A stretch of 64,000 bases of DNA from Takakia lepidozioides (taxonomy: Eukaryota; Plantae; Bryophyta), in the NCBI GenBank assembly GCA_030704615.1, contig CM060733.1, positions 54,126,001 to 54,190,000 on the forward strand, read 5' to 3'. Below are positions 24,239 to 37,920 of this stretch, piece by piece. Both the position numbers and the translations under genes were made by a program. The notes beneath the pieces were generated by a model. That model worked only from the letters and a program-made list of their open reading frames with translations, did no database searches and was not told where the DNA came from. Position 1 is the stretch's first letter. Every line of letters begins with the position of its first letter.

Positions 24239-25028
24239 TTGTACATTCAAAAGATTGTTCAATTTGATGTGTAGTCTGATGAGGAGGCGGCAACCTTTGT
24301 GGCATCTTTTCCGTATTCTATCTTCAGTCTTCATCTGGATGTTTCATCCATTTGCATGAGTTTGGATGTGGTCAAGCAGATCTCTCCCTAAGATTGTATG
24401 GGGCATATGACCTGCTTAAATTCAGCTCTCTAAATAGAGACGTGTACAGGAGGCTCTTTGGATATTTGGGTCTGGCAGCTGGATCTGCTCTTAGTCTGCT
24501 ACGGGTTAGTTGGGAAACCTTCGGCTTTGACTTGAGGGATTTTTAATCCTGTTTGTAAAGCTCGGTGCTCGGCAAAAGACATTGCAAGTCCGAGGAGAAT
24601 TAGTGAGCACTGTCGCATATGCTGTGAAGAAACATCAGAAGGCGATAACCTTCTTTCACATGGGAATTATAATAGACTTAATAATGAAAGTGTGGGTCAA
24701 TAAACTTGCACATCGCAACTGTCATCTTTACCCTCACTTCTTGGATGCAAAGGACCATTTGACCCTCAACAGTGCTGAAATTATGACACAACAGGTTGGA
24801 TCCAAGTGGCAATAGAGAGCATGAGTTGGTGGAAAGTGATGCATTGATAGGCTGGGTCTTTTCAACTTTGCAGGTCCAACAAGATGGTTTCATTTCTTTT
24901 ATGATCATAACAATGCAAGTTGTGTGCACTCTAGCATAGAACTGTCCATCGGTAATATGATCTAAAGGGCCTCCATCTTCTTCTTTTTTATTTTTTTATA
25001 AATCGTTTAGCACTTGTCCTTTTGAGTT

Positions 25029-25265
25029 TTTTTTTTAATTTTATTTTTAAAGGGAACCTGGGAGCGATAGCCCACAATTCAGGCCCTTTGAGGAGGGGGA
25101 AAAATTAACCCCCTCTCATTTATGGGCCATGAGGCCTACAGGACGATCAACTCCCAGACATACCGTCACGAACAATCCCACACACGGGGCAGGGCAGCGG
25201 GTTTGAACCCTGAATCACCAGGGCGACACACCATGCACTTACCAGCTGAGCTACCACCCGATGTG
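25029..25265 (-). mobile_element. tRNA-derived SINE
   Basis: A-box TAGCTCAGCTGG, B-box GGTTCAAACC, A-rich tail, 11-bp TSD CCTTTTGAGTT at 25018-25028 and 25266-25276. Confidence 0.88.
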
Positions 25266-25819
25266 CCTTTTGAGTTCTTTGTCCGCATTGCAAAAGTTAT
25301 CTGCGCATGCAAAGTTACTTCACATGAGTACCAAATGTGACTGTCAAAACTTGTAATGTAAGGGGGACTACCCGGGACCTGATCTGACTGTTAACCGAGG
25401 TCAGTCTGGTTAACCGCCCAACACTGGTGTCCACCTTCTTATAAGCGGAAGGCAGTAAGTCAGTCCTTAGAGCATCCGCATCCACACCTTGAGCCCGAAG
25501 GCTCTTTGTAGCCCGAAGATAAGGATTCAGGCCCCATTGGGTTCCGTGGCGGGGGCAGCCCCCACTTGGGCACACCTTAGCTCCTCGCTCGTTCCCAACC
25601 TGGCCATGGTCGCGTTGACTCGGTTTTAGGGGCAGGTTCAGGTCCCTCTGCGCTGGGGTTCAGGGCTCCGGATGACATACAATGCCCGCCCTTTATGGGA
25701 TATAGGGTTCAGGGGCAAGGGTGTGGAGGTTTCCTGCCAATTCCATTGGCGGGCTGGGTTCAGTCTAGGGTGTGGATACTCTGTGAAGCGACACCGTATG
25801 CTACGCTTGGCAAGAGCCC

Positions 25820-28800
25820 CCCAGGAACCGAACCGACATCGGAGCCAGTTGGGAAAACCGGAACCAGGGTTTGGATTTGATGGAACTGGAACTGTTGGTT
25901 CCTAGTGGGATCAAGAACAGCCACTAACTGGAACCGGGAACAGGTAGGCAATCTGGTTCCGGTTCGTGGAGTCTTCTACCTTTACGCGAGCTCTCCCCCT
26001 TGTCTCTTCTCATCTCTTGCATGGACCTATGCAAGTAAATGAGGTCTTCCCAGCTCTCTCTCCCCTTCCCTTTGCTTGTCTTTGTTGTATTTAACCTGTT
26101 GTGAGGGGGAATATGTGCGCAGACACCGGCCCGACCATCAGCCCACCTCGCCGTCAACCCAACCACATGAGCATGTCGCCCCCTCCAAGCTCTTTGTGTT
26201 TGTTTTTTCTGTTTTTACTGTTTGTCCATGTCTCGCCAGCTCTCTCTTTCTCTCCCCCAAGTACTCCCTATCTCCCTACTCCCTAATGAGGGCCCGCCAG
26301 CCACCCGCCACATCCAATGGCCCCCTCCGCATAAGCAAGTACGACCTATTTGGATTTGTCTTTTCTTCTCTTTTGCTGTCTATGTCCCTTTTTTAATCTT
26401 GCTTTCCTACTTCCTTCTTTTATTCCCTATCCCTCTCTCTCCATTCACTCTCTTGATTTCATTTAATTTTTTGTTGTAATTTTTTTGTTTAATTAAACCT
26501 TGTGTTGCTGCTGTAACGAGCGGGAGCAGTTGCAACAAATAGGGATGAAGCAGGGACTCGGGCCGTCAGCCATCTCCCACAGCAGCCAACAGGCCCCGCC
26601 ACATAAGCAAGTATGACCATTTTCATTCATTATGTTAGTTTGTTTTCTTTTATTTTAAATAAAGGGATGAAGCCCCCATACTGCTCTCGTATCATATATT
26701 CGTTCCCTTTCCCTCTCTTTGTTTAGGTCAGGATTTACTTAGAATTTTAGTTTTTCATTGAATTGTTGGTCTGTAATTAATGTTCATGATTTCTAACATG
26801 TAGCTGCTTTGGATGTAGGGTCATATTTGAAGTGCTAATGATTGACGCCACAAGTGAAAGGACTTACGTGGTTAACCGCTATCGTACGAATTAGTATGTG
26901 TTAGTAATGAGAGCATTTGGCGTTTATGCCATTTGTAATTGGTTTATGGTAGTTATTAAATTACTCAAATTTCACATCTCCTTATTTTGGGGTCATAGAG
27001 TACATTGAGTAATATGTAAAAGTTTGAATGTCTCCCAGCATGCATAAACAGCTGAATGATTGTTTCAAAATGTAATGTATTCAATGTTTTAGAAATAATT
27101 AAACTTGTTTCATTTTCCTTGATACTCAATGACATTAAACATGGCTCTATCTGGGCACATAATATTGTGCAAGATTTCATCAACAGTTGTCTTCTCATGG
27201 AGCCCAACATTTTTGATAAAGTGGAAAGGAGCTGCGAAGTGGGTGATATGAATCCAGACAATGGGGTAGCCATTGTAGAAAATCATGTTGCCAACGATGC
27301 CTTCTACTTCGGCTCCCCTAGTTTCAAATGAAATGTCTTCTTCGTGTGGATGCGAAGTAAGGTGTGTTTTACAGACGCAGAAAGGAAAAGGAAATAGTTT
27401 CTGTCTGATATGCAGTCCCTCGCCATAAAACAAGTCGAAATTCCCAAAACCATGCAGATATACAGATACTTATAGCTTGCCAAGCGTCATCTCCACTATT
27501 ATTTGCCTAGGTCTGCGGCACCTGGCCACATCAACCTACACCATCTCCGCCGCACATGGCCTCGTATGCGAGCAAGCATTGAGGACGTCTATCCTCCACA
27601 GAACGGGTACTCCTCGTCCGAAATTCGGTGCAACAACCTTCAACCCGTGATCCGAAGTTTAAACTTTGGATCTAGCTTCCCTTGCCCTGATCCGAAGTTT
27701 AAACTTTGTATCCAGCTTCCCCTGTTTGTGTTGCTCCATAACTGCAAGTGGCGTGATCCCAAACAAATCTTTGAATTGTTTATGAAGCTCTTCTGTATTG
27801 AAGGGGTGAGGGATAGCAATATTTGGAGAAGTTAGAACTGCTGTCACTTCAAGAGCCGACGCCGAATGAACTCCCTTTGATAAGGTATTGGAAGCCTGTT
27901 GAGATCTTCTCATAAACCGCGTCAATGGTGCATCAACTGTTAAAGGCCACACACCTACTTGAATTACTTTGCCAAAGTATTCTTGGCCTTCGTGGTGACC
28001 TAGATTACGATCCACCACAGATACAGTTTGCTTCGTATCTTTCGCCAAAGCTTCAATGGGGGTTTTTATGAACATTCTCAAGATGGTTTCTTGCCATGCT
28101 CTGCAAGAATCGTGGACCTGTCTAAGATGGACTGTTGAGCATCCGACTTTTTTTTCTGAGCCAAAAGAACCTCGATCTTCTTCTTCTCCGATGCTATCTG
28201 TTTCTGTAATTATTCGAGTTGAGCTCCCAGCTCTTCCCTCAATATTGAAATGTCCATATTTTCTACTTTAGTCTCAAGTAGAAGACAGTTCTCCTTTCCA
28301 ACAACAAGCGCTTCATGGCTCAAGACTTCTTCTCCACTTATCACCTTGAGGACACCACCGTGTGCTTTCTTCTCTTCAAAAAGATTAGAAACAGTATTCC
28401 TCATATACGTTCCTGCTCCGCCGTCTTTCGACATTTTTCCCAATCGATAATTCAAACTGTCACTCCGCTTGATATTCCATATGGCAGGTCCTTGTCTTTG
28501 CGTTTCCTTTTCTGCAAAGGCGATGACATCTTCAGGAGTTGTTCAGGAGAGATGGCAGGTCCCTCATCTTTGCATTTCTTTTTCTGCAGAGGCCTGAGGA
28601 CAATATCTATTTTCTTGACTTGTTGGTAATGTTACATGGTTGTAAAGGCCTGGAATGATTAACTAAATGTAAATGCCGATCACATGCATTTTTGGGGTCC
28701 GGGTTTAGTGGTTTTATTTTATAGTGCAGGAACTATATGTAGGAGTAGTGGGCCTGGAGTTGGTGAAGCCATTTTTAATTGGGCTTCTGTATTTTCCAGC

Positions 28801-31540
28801 TCTGATTTGTAGAATTGAAACTGATTCTGGATGCTTTACAGACCCTTGGATCAGGCATTTCAACAAACAAACACATGTTGATGTCTTGCCATGTAAAACG
28901 CAATTGTTCTCAAGTGTTTTTTGTTCTCAGTAGGGTCACCAAAGTTATCGTTGTGCTTCTCTTGCTCTAACATGCTCATCATGCCTATTGCCAGCTTCTC
29001 TGTCCCTTCTTTTCTCTGTCCCTTCTTATTGCTACCACAACGTAAGGAAAATTAAACGACATCATCACTTATAATAAGACCAATGGAATCTCTACACTCC
29101 AAAAGCATATGGAAGCAGAACACGACCACTTGATTAAGTATTTGGGCTAAAAAGGATAGAGAGAGGCCAAAAGGTCATGCACCTGCCAAGAAGAGGATTG
29201 GCCCCACACCTAGAAACCCTCCTTCTTTGGCAATCAAGCTCTATACAAAAAAGATGAGAGAAGCAAAAACAATTTGAGGAGGATTTGGTTTTGTAAACTG
29301 CAAATGAGTGTGCCTATTTATCTTCCGTTGAGTCTCCATGACTACGAAAGTTGATTTTGAATCAAAATCCCCGTTGTGTATTGTTTCCTTCTCGATGTCA
29401 TCTTGTGAATGAAGCCATCAATAGCGAGAAGACCAATGAGCGCTACATCTTGCCAAGTATTGAGAAATATATCACATGTATATTGACTTTTGATCTGTCG
29501 ATGTTAAGAGCTAGAACGGCTTATAGCGCATTTTTTGAATGTGAAATGGAAGCCATGTCATGTAACACTTGGATTGTTTGAAACACTTGATATCTTTGGG
29601 GTTGCTATGGCGCAACAAGTCAACAATCTTCTTCTCAAATATGACCTCAATTCCCAGGTTATTGTCTATGTTAAGGATGAGGGAGACAACTTGGATACTT
29701 TGACGAATGCTCTTACCTCGGTGGTATCTTGTGAGTGTTTGGGTTGGATGCTCCATTCATAGGCACATGTTTTGGGCACGCAACAGCTAAATGTTGCCAA
29801 TATGCAACAACTGACAGCAAAGTTTGTGCAAATATGTCATTTGTTTCGAGTAACGATGCTCAATCTAATCTACAGAAACCATTACATAGACCAAAAAAAA
29901 ATGGCAAAGGGAAACAAGAATGGTCAAAAGCATGCATCGACAGTAGTACACATCTAACGAAATTGAAGACCTCGGTGCAGACACAGTTTGCTTTAAAGGT
30001 TGTACTCTTCCAAGAGACCTTGGAATTTAGACAATCCATCATAACCTGTTATTCACGGCATAGTTCCATGTCACTTCAATCTCATATACCAAGTCAATAG
30101 GTTTGGGCAATAGCACAAAGTGTTTCTTCCATTCTATGACATGTGGTTGATGAGTGCGTTATGAACCAATCTATCGGCTCCTAGTTATTGGGAGGAAGAT
30201 AAGAAACTACGACATGAAATGGTGGAGTTGGTCAAGTCCGAACAGGCTAGGTTGAAGCCGTTTGCTCTCCGGTTTGCTCCGTTACCCATTGTAATGGAAG
30301 ACGACGAGATGGACGAACCCGAAACGAGGATGAAGGGAGAATGGGTGGACGAGTTGGACAGGAAGCTCCAACAACTCGCAATGGAACCCAAACAACTGTT
30401 TACAAAAGTGATGAACGGCAAGGTGACATCACCCTGGCTAGCTACTACAGATATCTCCCCAGTTACGAAGGAATGTACAGGCCTATCTAGCCGAAGTGGA
30501 AATCCATGACAAGTGGAAGATGAAGGACCATGTCACTTACGAGCCATGGATCTTCAATGAGCCTACGAACCTCGAAGCACCCTCTTGCTGCAGCAATTAC
30601 TACAACGGTTCATATGCGATCAAGCGTACATCCAATAGAGGGTAATGTTGCTCATTGCATGGGGCGTTTCATGCAGAGTTGGCGTTATTGGAATTACGGA
30701 TGCAGAGAGAGGTGGTATCTATTTTGTGGCCATTTTTTTCTTTCATGGAGAAATATCAAATGCACAAAACTCACAATATGCTTTGTCTTATGCTTAACCC
30801 ACGGTTTAAAATGTTTTCATTGGTTGTTTAGTATGATGGGAATGAGCGAGCTGTGGGCATTCACTTTAAATGTGATAACAAGATCTTTGTTCTCTCTTCT
30901 TGTCAAATGTTTCAAAGTACTCATGAATCCTCAGACTCTGCGTGACCCAAGAAGATTATCCTTCCACAGTGGAAATCATGTCATTGTTTGTTGTGCAGAT
31001 ACTCTATGAAGAGATGACAATGTCGGTGGTGAAGGAGCGGATGATGCTTTTGAGGAGAGGACAATCAGTGAGGTTGAGTACGTAACCCTTTGACATGGTG
31101 GATGGAATCTAAGTCCCAATTTCTGTATGTGAAATACTTGGCATGCCAAGTTGTGGGAATTGTTGGATCACAGATTGAAGTTGAGAGGGTTTTTAGTATT
31201 GCAGGTGTTATTACAAATTTGAGACGATGCAAGTTGGGCATTGAAAATCTTGATATGATTTTACTTTAGTATTTGTGGCCTTGTGCCAAGTTTGTGGCAC
31301 CATGGAAATTATTTTTTACCCTATGTGTACACGTGTGTTATGTTTGCGTGTCATGACCAAAGTCTGTTTTTTCCATTAATTAAACAAATATCTATTTTAT
31401 AAGAAAATGTATTAATATTTATTTGACCAAGAGGACAGTATATGCCTCTCATTGTTTAATAATAGGGCCATGAATGCACGGGCGGGCCCCGCCAGTACGG
31501 TTAGCCCATTCACCGGGTCGGCGAGGTTCTGAAATTTTTC
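25820..31540 (+). mobile_element. Highly degenerate hAT transposon with nested insertions; ends approximate
   Basis: GGAACCG(G) subterminal-type repeats at 25823-25965; transposase remnants 28990-31260: BED end (STLQKHMEAEH), CFGHATAKCCQYAT, LNPRFK, dimerisation motif SQIEVERVFSIAG. Confidence 0.7.
26965..28620 (-). pseudogene. Degraded intronless ORF of unknown family inside the hAT element
   Basis: Colinear minus-strand ORF pieces 28210-28455, 27659-28081 and 27110-27433; no motif recognised. Confidence 0.35.
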
Positions 31541-32958
31541 TAAGTCCTTGTTAATCTACCGTGGCGGACCTTCTAACGGAGAGAGCCTCGAACATACCGA
31601 CGAGCGGACTGGCACCTCTCCAGCAAATTGGGCGGCTTACCCTTCGACAAAATATATATTTAATAACACACATTACTGCCACAATACAAGATTTGAACAC
31701 CATATCTCATGTATATCTTTCATCATTCTTAACCACCACACTACCCACCACATACTACAAATTCTAGCAATAACTAATGCTTTATGTGTATATTGTGGGC
31801 CCCAAACCAGCTTGCCGGGCAGACCCAGCAAGTAGACTGGCGGGGTATGGGTAGGGGCGCTCACACCCTCCACGACCCTGCCACACGCGGCCTCGCCGCA
31901 GCCACATGTGCGGGCATTCATGACCCTATTATTGTTAAATGAGAAGCACATTATATTAAAGGTAATTTGAACCTCTAGAAAACCTTACGTGCAATATTTG
32001 ATGACATAAAAACTCTCGAAAGGGGAAAAAATGCCAGATTCCATCAAGCGAAAAGGATTGTAATCACAAAAACCAATGTCGCTGACGAAACCCAAGTTTC
32101 TGCCCACCTGAGTTCAACTTTGGATATTATTAGGATTGTTGGGGATTGTACAAAATATGCCTATATGCTCACGTGAGTGTACTCACACGCTGGCCAACCT
32201 CCTCAGTCACCCTTACGCCAGGCGTAAGACCCGTAGGGCCTAAAAGGTGAGGGTTTGAGCCCATGAAGGGACGTTGGTAACAGCAGCTGATGAGGCCCTT
32301 CCAAGGGACCAACTCCGCCAGTCTCAGCCTCCCACCGGCCCTGCTTCCAAGGGGGAATGATCTTTCCAGAGTACGTAAAGAATTTTAAAAATAAAATGAG
32401 CCTACATTTTGTCGAGGAGCTTATACCCACTCTATCATTAGAGGGGGCACTAAATTCCACAAAACAAGGTCACACGAAATACAAAGGATTGTTTTTGAAA
32501 ACTCTTTTGCGGTTGGGTTGGCCACAATGGGTGACCTGCCACATACATCTATGTGGCTGTGAACCCAGGACCACGTTTAAGTGTCTCGGTCCTAACTACT
32601 GGGCCACCTGTTGGATGCTCTTGTATTGTCATTGTGTGTTCCATGTGTGAGATAGAGCAAGGAATACAACCTCCTCCTTCCCTATATGGCAATCACGATC
32701 ACAGCCATGGAGAGAAATTTTTTCTGAGAGAGCAAATCGAGGAGCGCAGACAACATACCGATGAGTGCAGCACTACACAGGGATTTCTGTGTCTTCTAAG
32801 CCGCCAGTTTTCACTACAGTTCCTAAGCCCTCAAGTCCCTTTAACACCACGTCAATGCAGGAAAAACAGGAGCTTTCCCGACTGGAAAAGTCTCACCATT
32901 TGCGGCTGAGACAAATTCTCAATTTGCGAAAGAATGACAGAGACACACAAGTTGCGCT

Positions 32959-35229
32959 TTAGATAATGCCCATCACTTTTGGAGCAAGCTCCAGTAAGGC
33001 CTCAAGGGCATCTGGATCGAATTTTCTTGCAAAGAAGAAACATCTGGTCTCTGGTTTATCATTATAACTGCAAGTGTGGCCATCCCGCAGAGACCTAAGT
33101 AGAGACTCGGTGACTTGGTGCTCGTTCCAATTATGTGGGTGAGCCCCCCCATGCTTGAAGTCGTAATACGTCAGTGTGCGGTATGCCAGCTGCGAGGGAC
33201 GCAGAATGGTAAGCACAGTGGGAAGATAGTGCTCATCTATATAGCATACTGGATGGGGCCTACACATATAACGCGCAAATTTGTTGTAGTACGTTTTATC
33301 AGCAACAACCAGCAGAGCGAGCTCCCTGGTTATTTCAAACCATTGGCTTCCCTTTCTCCAGTTCTTCAAAGTGATCTCTGGTGCCATATTCTCTCTCTCA
33401 TGCTTATGAATCCGGGCAAGTCGTCCCTGCCCGCTCTTCCCTGGATCATCATATGACTGGATGAAGCTGTATCTTGATTGTGTGATATGTTTGTAGGTGC
33501 TTTCGAAATTAGAGAGAGGGATACATGCCTCTGACAAAAGAATAAATCGTGCATTCGAGGGGTCCAGTAGGGCATTTGCCAGCAACCGTCTCTCCGCATG
33601 GTACATAGATATTTCGCCCCATCTTACCACCTGAATGCACACGTTTGGCAAGCTGCGTTAGAGTCCACCTTTGATGAGGCATCATCAGTTGCAACCCAGA
33701 ATTGCTTTGCGAATCCTATATCAGACTTGTGAACTAGAGGATACTCTTTAAAGCTTGGTGCGCAAAATTAGTAGTACAAGAACCCCACTAGATTAAGACA
33801 GGTGGGATTCATATTCCACTCTCAGATGCAAAACTGCTGAAACAGACATGCACAGACAAACGAGGACGAGCAAGGAATTGACCTTGTCCACGAATAAATT
33901 CCAGTTTCTTAGAATTGGACAAAACAGAACCGGGAGATAGACTAAAGAGAGAGGGGGGGGTGTTGGGAAATGCACCTGGCTAGGAATATATCGGCCATAA
34001 AAGGCAGAGGATGATGATATGTTGGGCTTGAAGTTGGGGTGGGCATGAATGTAAATAGAGAATAATTCCTCGTGCCCACGGAAGAATCGATCCCAAAGAG
34101 GGGCAAACGGCATGGGTCCCTTAGTCAAGAACATGAATGCAATCTTGGCCCTGGTGTTTATTGATTGAGCTCCTATTTGCGGGGGAGCCATTGTTGAGGC
34201 CTTCCAGAGAAGCTCTTCATCGGTCATCTCATGATACACAGAGGACGTATTTTGATAAACGACTGCGGGAGACGATCCAGTGGGTTGTATCACCGTTGGA
34301 GGAGAAGAGTTGCTCAAAGTGGAGACCTCTGGTTGGGGTTGCAGAAAGACTTCGGGAGGTGAGCCACTGCGTTGCCCTGGTGAAGGAGAGGAGTTCGTCA
34401 ACGTCGAGCTATCTGGCTGAGGGTCCAGTATGCCGTCGGGAGTCTCACTGCGTTGCAAAGTTGAAGGAGAGGGCAGTTGCCTCGAACTGGACTCATCACC
34501 TGGTTTCGCTTGTAAAACCTCTTCGCGAGATGATGCAGCGGTTTGCCCAGTTGACGAAGAGTTGGTCGAAGTGGAGACATCTGGTTGCGGTTGCAGACCA
34601 GGATCCGAGTTGACACTAGAATTTACATGGAAGCTGGGACCAGTAAGTCCAAGGTCCGGTACTGGGCTAGAAACATTGGGTGCCCTACTGTCATCTTCAA
34701 AGTTTTTCAAATTCAGGCTATTTTGATCTGAGCTGGTGTTATACATCTGAATGGGCGATTGAGCTAAACTGGTGTCAGTGACATTGTTAGAGTGTAGCGG
34801 ATGCAAGGTGCTGGGATCTAAGCTAGTATTATTGACATCATGGGGCGATTGAGCAGAAATTGAGTCCGTGAGATTATTGGCGTGTAGTGGCCCCCCAGGG
34901 CGAATTGTCATGTTAAGATTTGAAGCTGGGACTAGTGGAGGAGATGAGCTAAGAGCTGAAAGAAGTGGCCCCGCGCTTCCTATGTATCCCAAAGAATGTA
35001 GCGAGATGGTAACGACTCCTAGCAACATCCCCATACCCAGAAGAACTGAAAAGAACATCATGTTGCCTAGCTTGAGTAGCCACAGGTGCTCGAATTTCAT
35101 CCAGTGCCATTGCCGTAAGGCACCCAACCTTGCACAGACTGCTTCACTCAAGGCGGTCGCCAGCACTCCCGCCGGCATGCTTCCCTTCTCTTTTAATTCA
35201 CTTGACAAACGCTTCTGCTGCTGCGTCAT
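32959..35229 (-). CDS. Core-2/I-branching beta-1,6-GlcNAc transferase-like (BC10/DUF266) glycosyltransferase; exons 35229-33976 and 33630-32959; start codon uncertain
   Basis: TM helix, Ser/Pro-rich stem, MTDEELLWKAS, KIAFMFLTKGPMPFAPLW, AERRLLANALLD, WRKGSQWFE, CYIDEHY, FARKF; GT-AG intron. Confidence 0.92.
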
Positions 35230-35956
35230 ATCGCATCTTCTCCTCTCTGGACAACTGAATTTCACTTACATACCTTGCACTAAAACCCTGCACGTCTCTG
35301 TCCCTCTCACTCTACAGGTCCACGTACTTCTTTCCTTCTCGCTCTCTCAACAGTCCAAGTGAGGTGACCACCTCTAAGCTCTGGGCCCTGCCTGCTCGGT
35401 CGAGACGAGCACCGTAGCACGTGAACCCTTCTAACATCTCTAACTGATCGGCACGGCTTCGTTCTCTCCAGATTCTCAATCATTGCACTGATCCAGCTCT
35501 CTCAAACCAAGCTCCAAACTGCTGCCTAAAAATCCCGGATCAAGAAACCAAGAGCCGATAGGAAGAGACCCAAACCGGATCCGACATGCAGATAAGTACG
35601 AGAAATCTTCAACAATTGAGCCGGCAAAGAGCTGTCAAAGACATCCGCAATTTCAAAGATTGAGGCAGACCCGTCCTCACAGACACGGAGATGACAGCAC
35701 CTACGATTGCTCAAAAACCCTTCCGAATTCCTCAGTCAGACAAGAACCTTCGGACCCAAATCCAGCACATACACGACCGAGCATGCAAACTCCCAATGCA
35801 TCCCTGGAGCAGTTCCAAGAAGCTTGCCTCTCACCAGCACTAACCTTCCTGGGGGAACAGCTGCCCCGGCTGAACTTTAGACTAGCGATATTCACGGCGG
35901 ACTTTTCCGGGGAAAATCCATAGCCTGAAAAATAGTCGCGACTCGCCACGCAACAA

Positions 35957-36024
35957 AGTGCTTTCCGGGATTGAACCCGAGATCCCTTTCTTGCACTTTA
36001 TTGCACTAGCCGTCGGGACTAGGG
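35957..36024 (-). other. tRNA-like Pol III promoter remnant (SINE head or tRNA pseudogene)
   Basis: TAGTCCCGACGG..GGGTTCAATCCC boxes and a downstream T5 run; no canonical cloverleaf. Confidence 0.35.
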
Positions 36025-37157
36025 AGAAAAAAGAACAAGATCTGTCGCGAAAAATATCTTATCACGAGAAAACACGGAAGGCCACCTAGAAATACGATGC
36101 CGTCTCGCCGCGGACGACGGAATTTTGTTATAACTGCGCCTTAGTCGCCTATCATCCGTTGTAGACGTCGTGTAATAAGTACAGTACATAGTGTCGGATA
36201 CATGGGCAGCGTGAGAAATTACTTTTCGCGGTTAGAGAGCTGCCCTGGTTGGCGCTGCCCCGATCACAGCAACAGCGCCGCGTGGCTCGGAGCGGGTCGG
36301 GTGGGCTGTGCCCGGCTGCAACCCGCCCGGGCGCCAGCCCGTCGCTTCCGCTGGCCAACCGAATTCGACGGTTGGCCGGGTCCAACGCGGGCCCTAGTTT
36401 ACGTGTTGGAGATGTGAACCGGCGGACGAGGAAACTTTCCGCCGGTGGGTCCGATTCCCGGCCGCGTAAAAGTCTTTCATACTCATCGTAAAAACTAACA
36501 ACTTTATGCTATCTAGTCTACTTTTACCATCTGTCGTCCACCCAACGAAATGGAGGGCGAAGACGGGAATTGTAGGTTGGGAGTTGGGCTTGTCGTTGAC
36601 GAGGCTTTACAAATTTTGTCCCATGTGTGAACTGGACGCATTTGATGTGGGCTAAGTTACTAAATGTGTTCCCCCTCCGTGCAGCAGACAAGGACTTAGT
36701 GAATCTATGAACGGGAAGAACCGGCAGCCAGTTACATGCCAGCCGAGTGCCATCCTGGAATTTCCGGGTATGACATGAAACCTCCGGAAAATGAACCGAC
36801 GGAAAAAATGGCCCAAGAGGAAATCATCCGAGTGCCTGACTCAGAGGACGGATTTTTGCCTTTCCGTATCAGTAAATGCCGGAAATATGCCTTAGTTGGC
36901 ACGCCTGGACGGATTCCAGCCGTTCTTATCTTATAAGAAAACGGAAAATGGCCGTTGAATGCTGTCACGTGGCGGAAATCTAGCATGCCAGGGCCCAGGC
37001 CTCAACCACCCTGACCCCGTCCGTTGGATGTAACCGGGGCAAACCCTAGAAGAGACTAGAAGAGCCTTGCCACGTGGCGGAAATCCAGCATGCCAGGGCC
37101 CAGGCCTGGTTACATCCAACGGACGGAGCCAGGGTGATTGGGGGCAAACCCTAGAAG

Positions 37158-37860
37158 AGCTTTGCACTCGTTCTTTGCTAAGCCCTTTGCTCACCTGTCG
37201 GGCCCGCACTTACCACTGGCTGTATGTTGATGTGCTGCCGACGCTCCCGCCTGCTTGCACTCGCTGCGTGCTACCACACTTCAAGGCCCAGGCATGCTTT
37301 CAGCCTTGCACTCGTTCTTTGCTAAGTCCTTTGCTCACCTGCCGGGCCCGCACTTACCACTGGCTATATGTTGAATGGGCTGCCGACGCTCCCGCCTGCT
37401 TGCACTCGCTGCGTGCTACCACACTTCAAGGCCCAGGCATGAGTCTTTGTTTCATTTGGTTATGTCCTTGCTTTTCCTAGTGAGAGGTTATGACTTTTGC
37501 CTTTCGAAGTCTACAGCTACATGACTTTCTGCATACTTTGTGCTCATCATGCAGTAAAAAGCAAGGGCATTGGTAGGCCTCCCCTTTCGGTTCTTCTACC
37601 GTTCTTTCGACCACGGTTTCTGTTGCTTTGCAGCAGGCACAAGTCGTGTCTATTTTGTGTCGGGCAAAGGCGGCTGGGAGGGCTGCATCTCACCTCCCAC
37701 CCATTTCTGACCCACCTCCCCTTCTATTTTCTGATTTGCTTCAGGCAGTTGGCAGGCCTTGCACTCGTTCTTTGCTAAGTCCACAGCTCACCTGCCGGGC
37801 CCCGCACTTACCACTGGCTGTATGTTGATGTGCTGCCGACGCTCCCGCCTGCTTGCACTC
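37158..37860 (+). repeat. ~146-bp internal repeat of the hAT element: two tandem copies and one partial copy
   Basis: TTGCACTCGTTCTTTGCTAAG..CACTTACCACTGGCT..CCGACGCTCCCGCCTGCTTGCACTC at ~37161, ~37307 and ~37759. Confidence 0.85.
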
Positions 37861-37920
37861 ACTGGCCCTTCCTTGTTGCAATTTCCGTGCTATAAATTTG
37901 TATTTTGTAAGGTCTTGGCT

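Noticed and set aside
25340-25820. Solo LTR
   Set aside because: GC-rich with a TATA-like motif and a TG start, but no matching CA end or TSD could be identified
32280-32315. Hammerhead-like CTGATGAG-GCCCTT..AAGGGACC
   Set aside because: The GAAA core is missing and stems I and III are not evident
35957-36024. Functional tRNA gene
   Set aside because: A and B boxes are present but no convincing acceptor or anticodon stems form
37036-37160. Telomeric repeat (AAACCCTAG)
   Set aside because: Only two isolated telobox-like copies inside a hAT internal duplication
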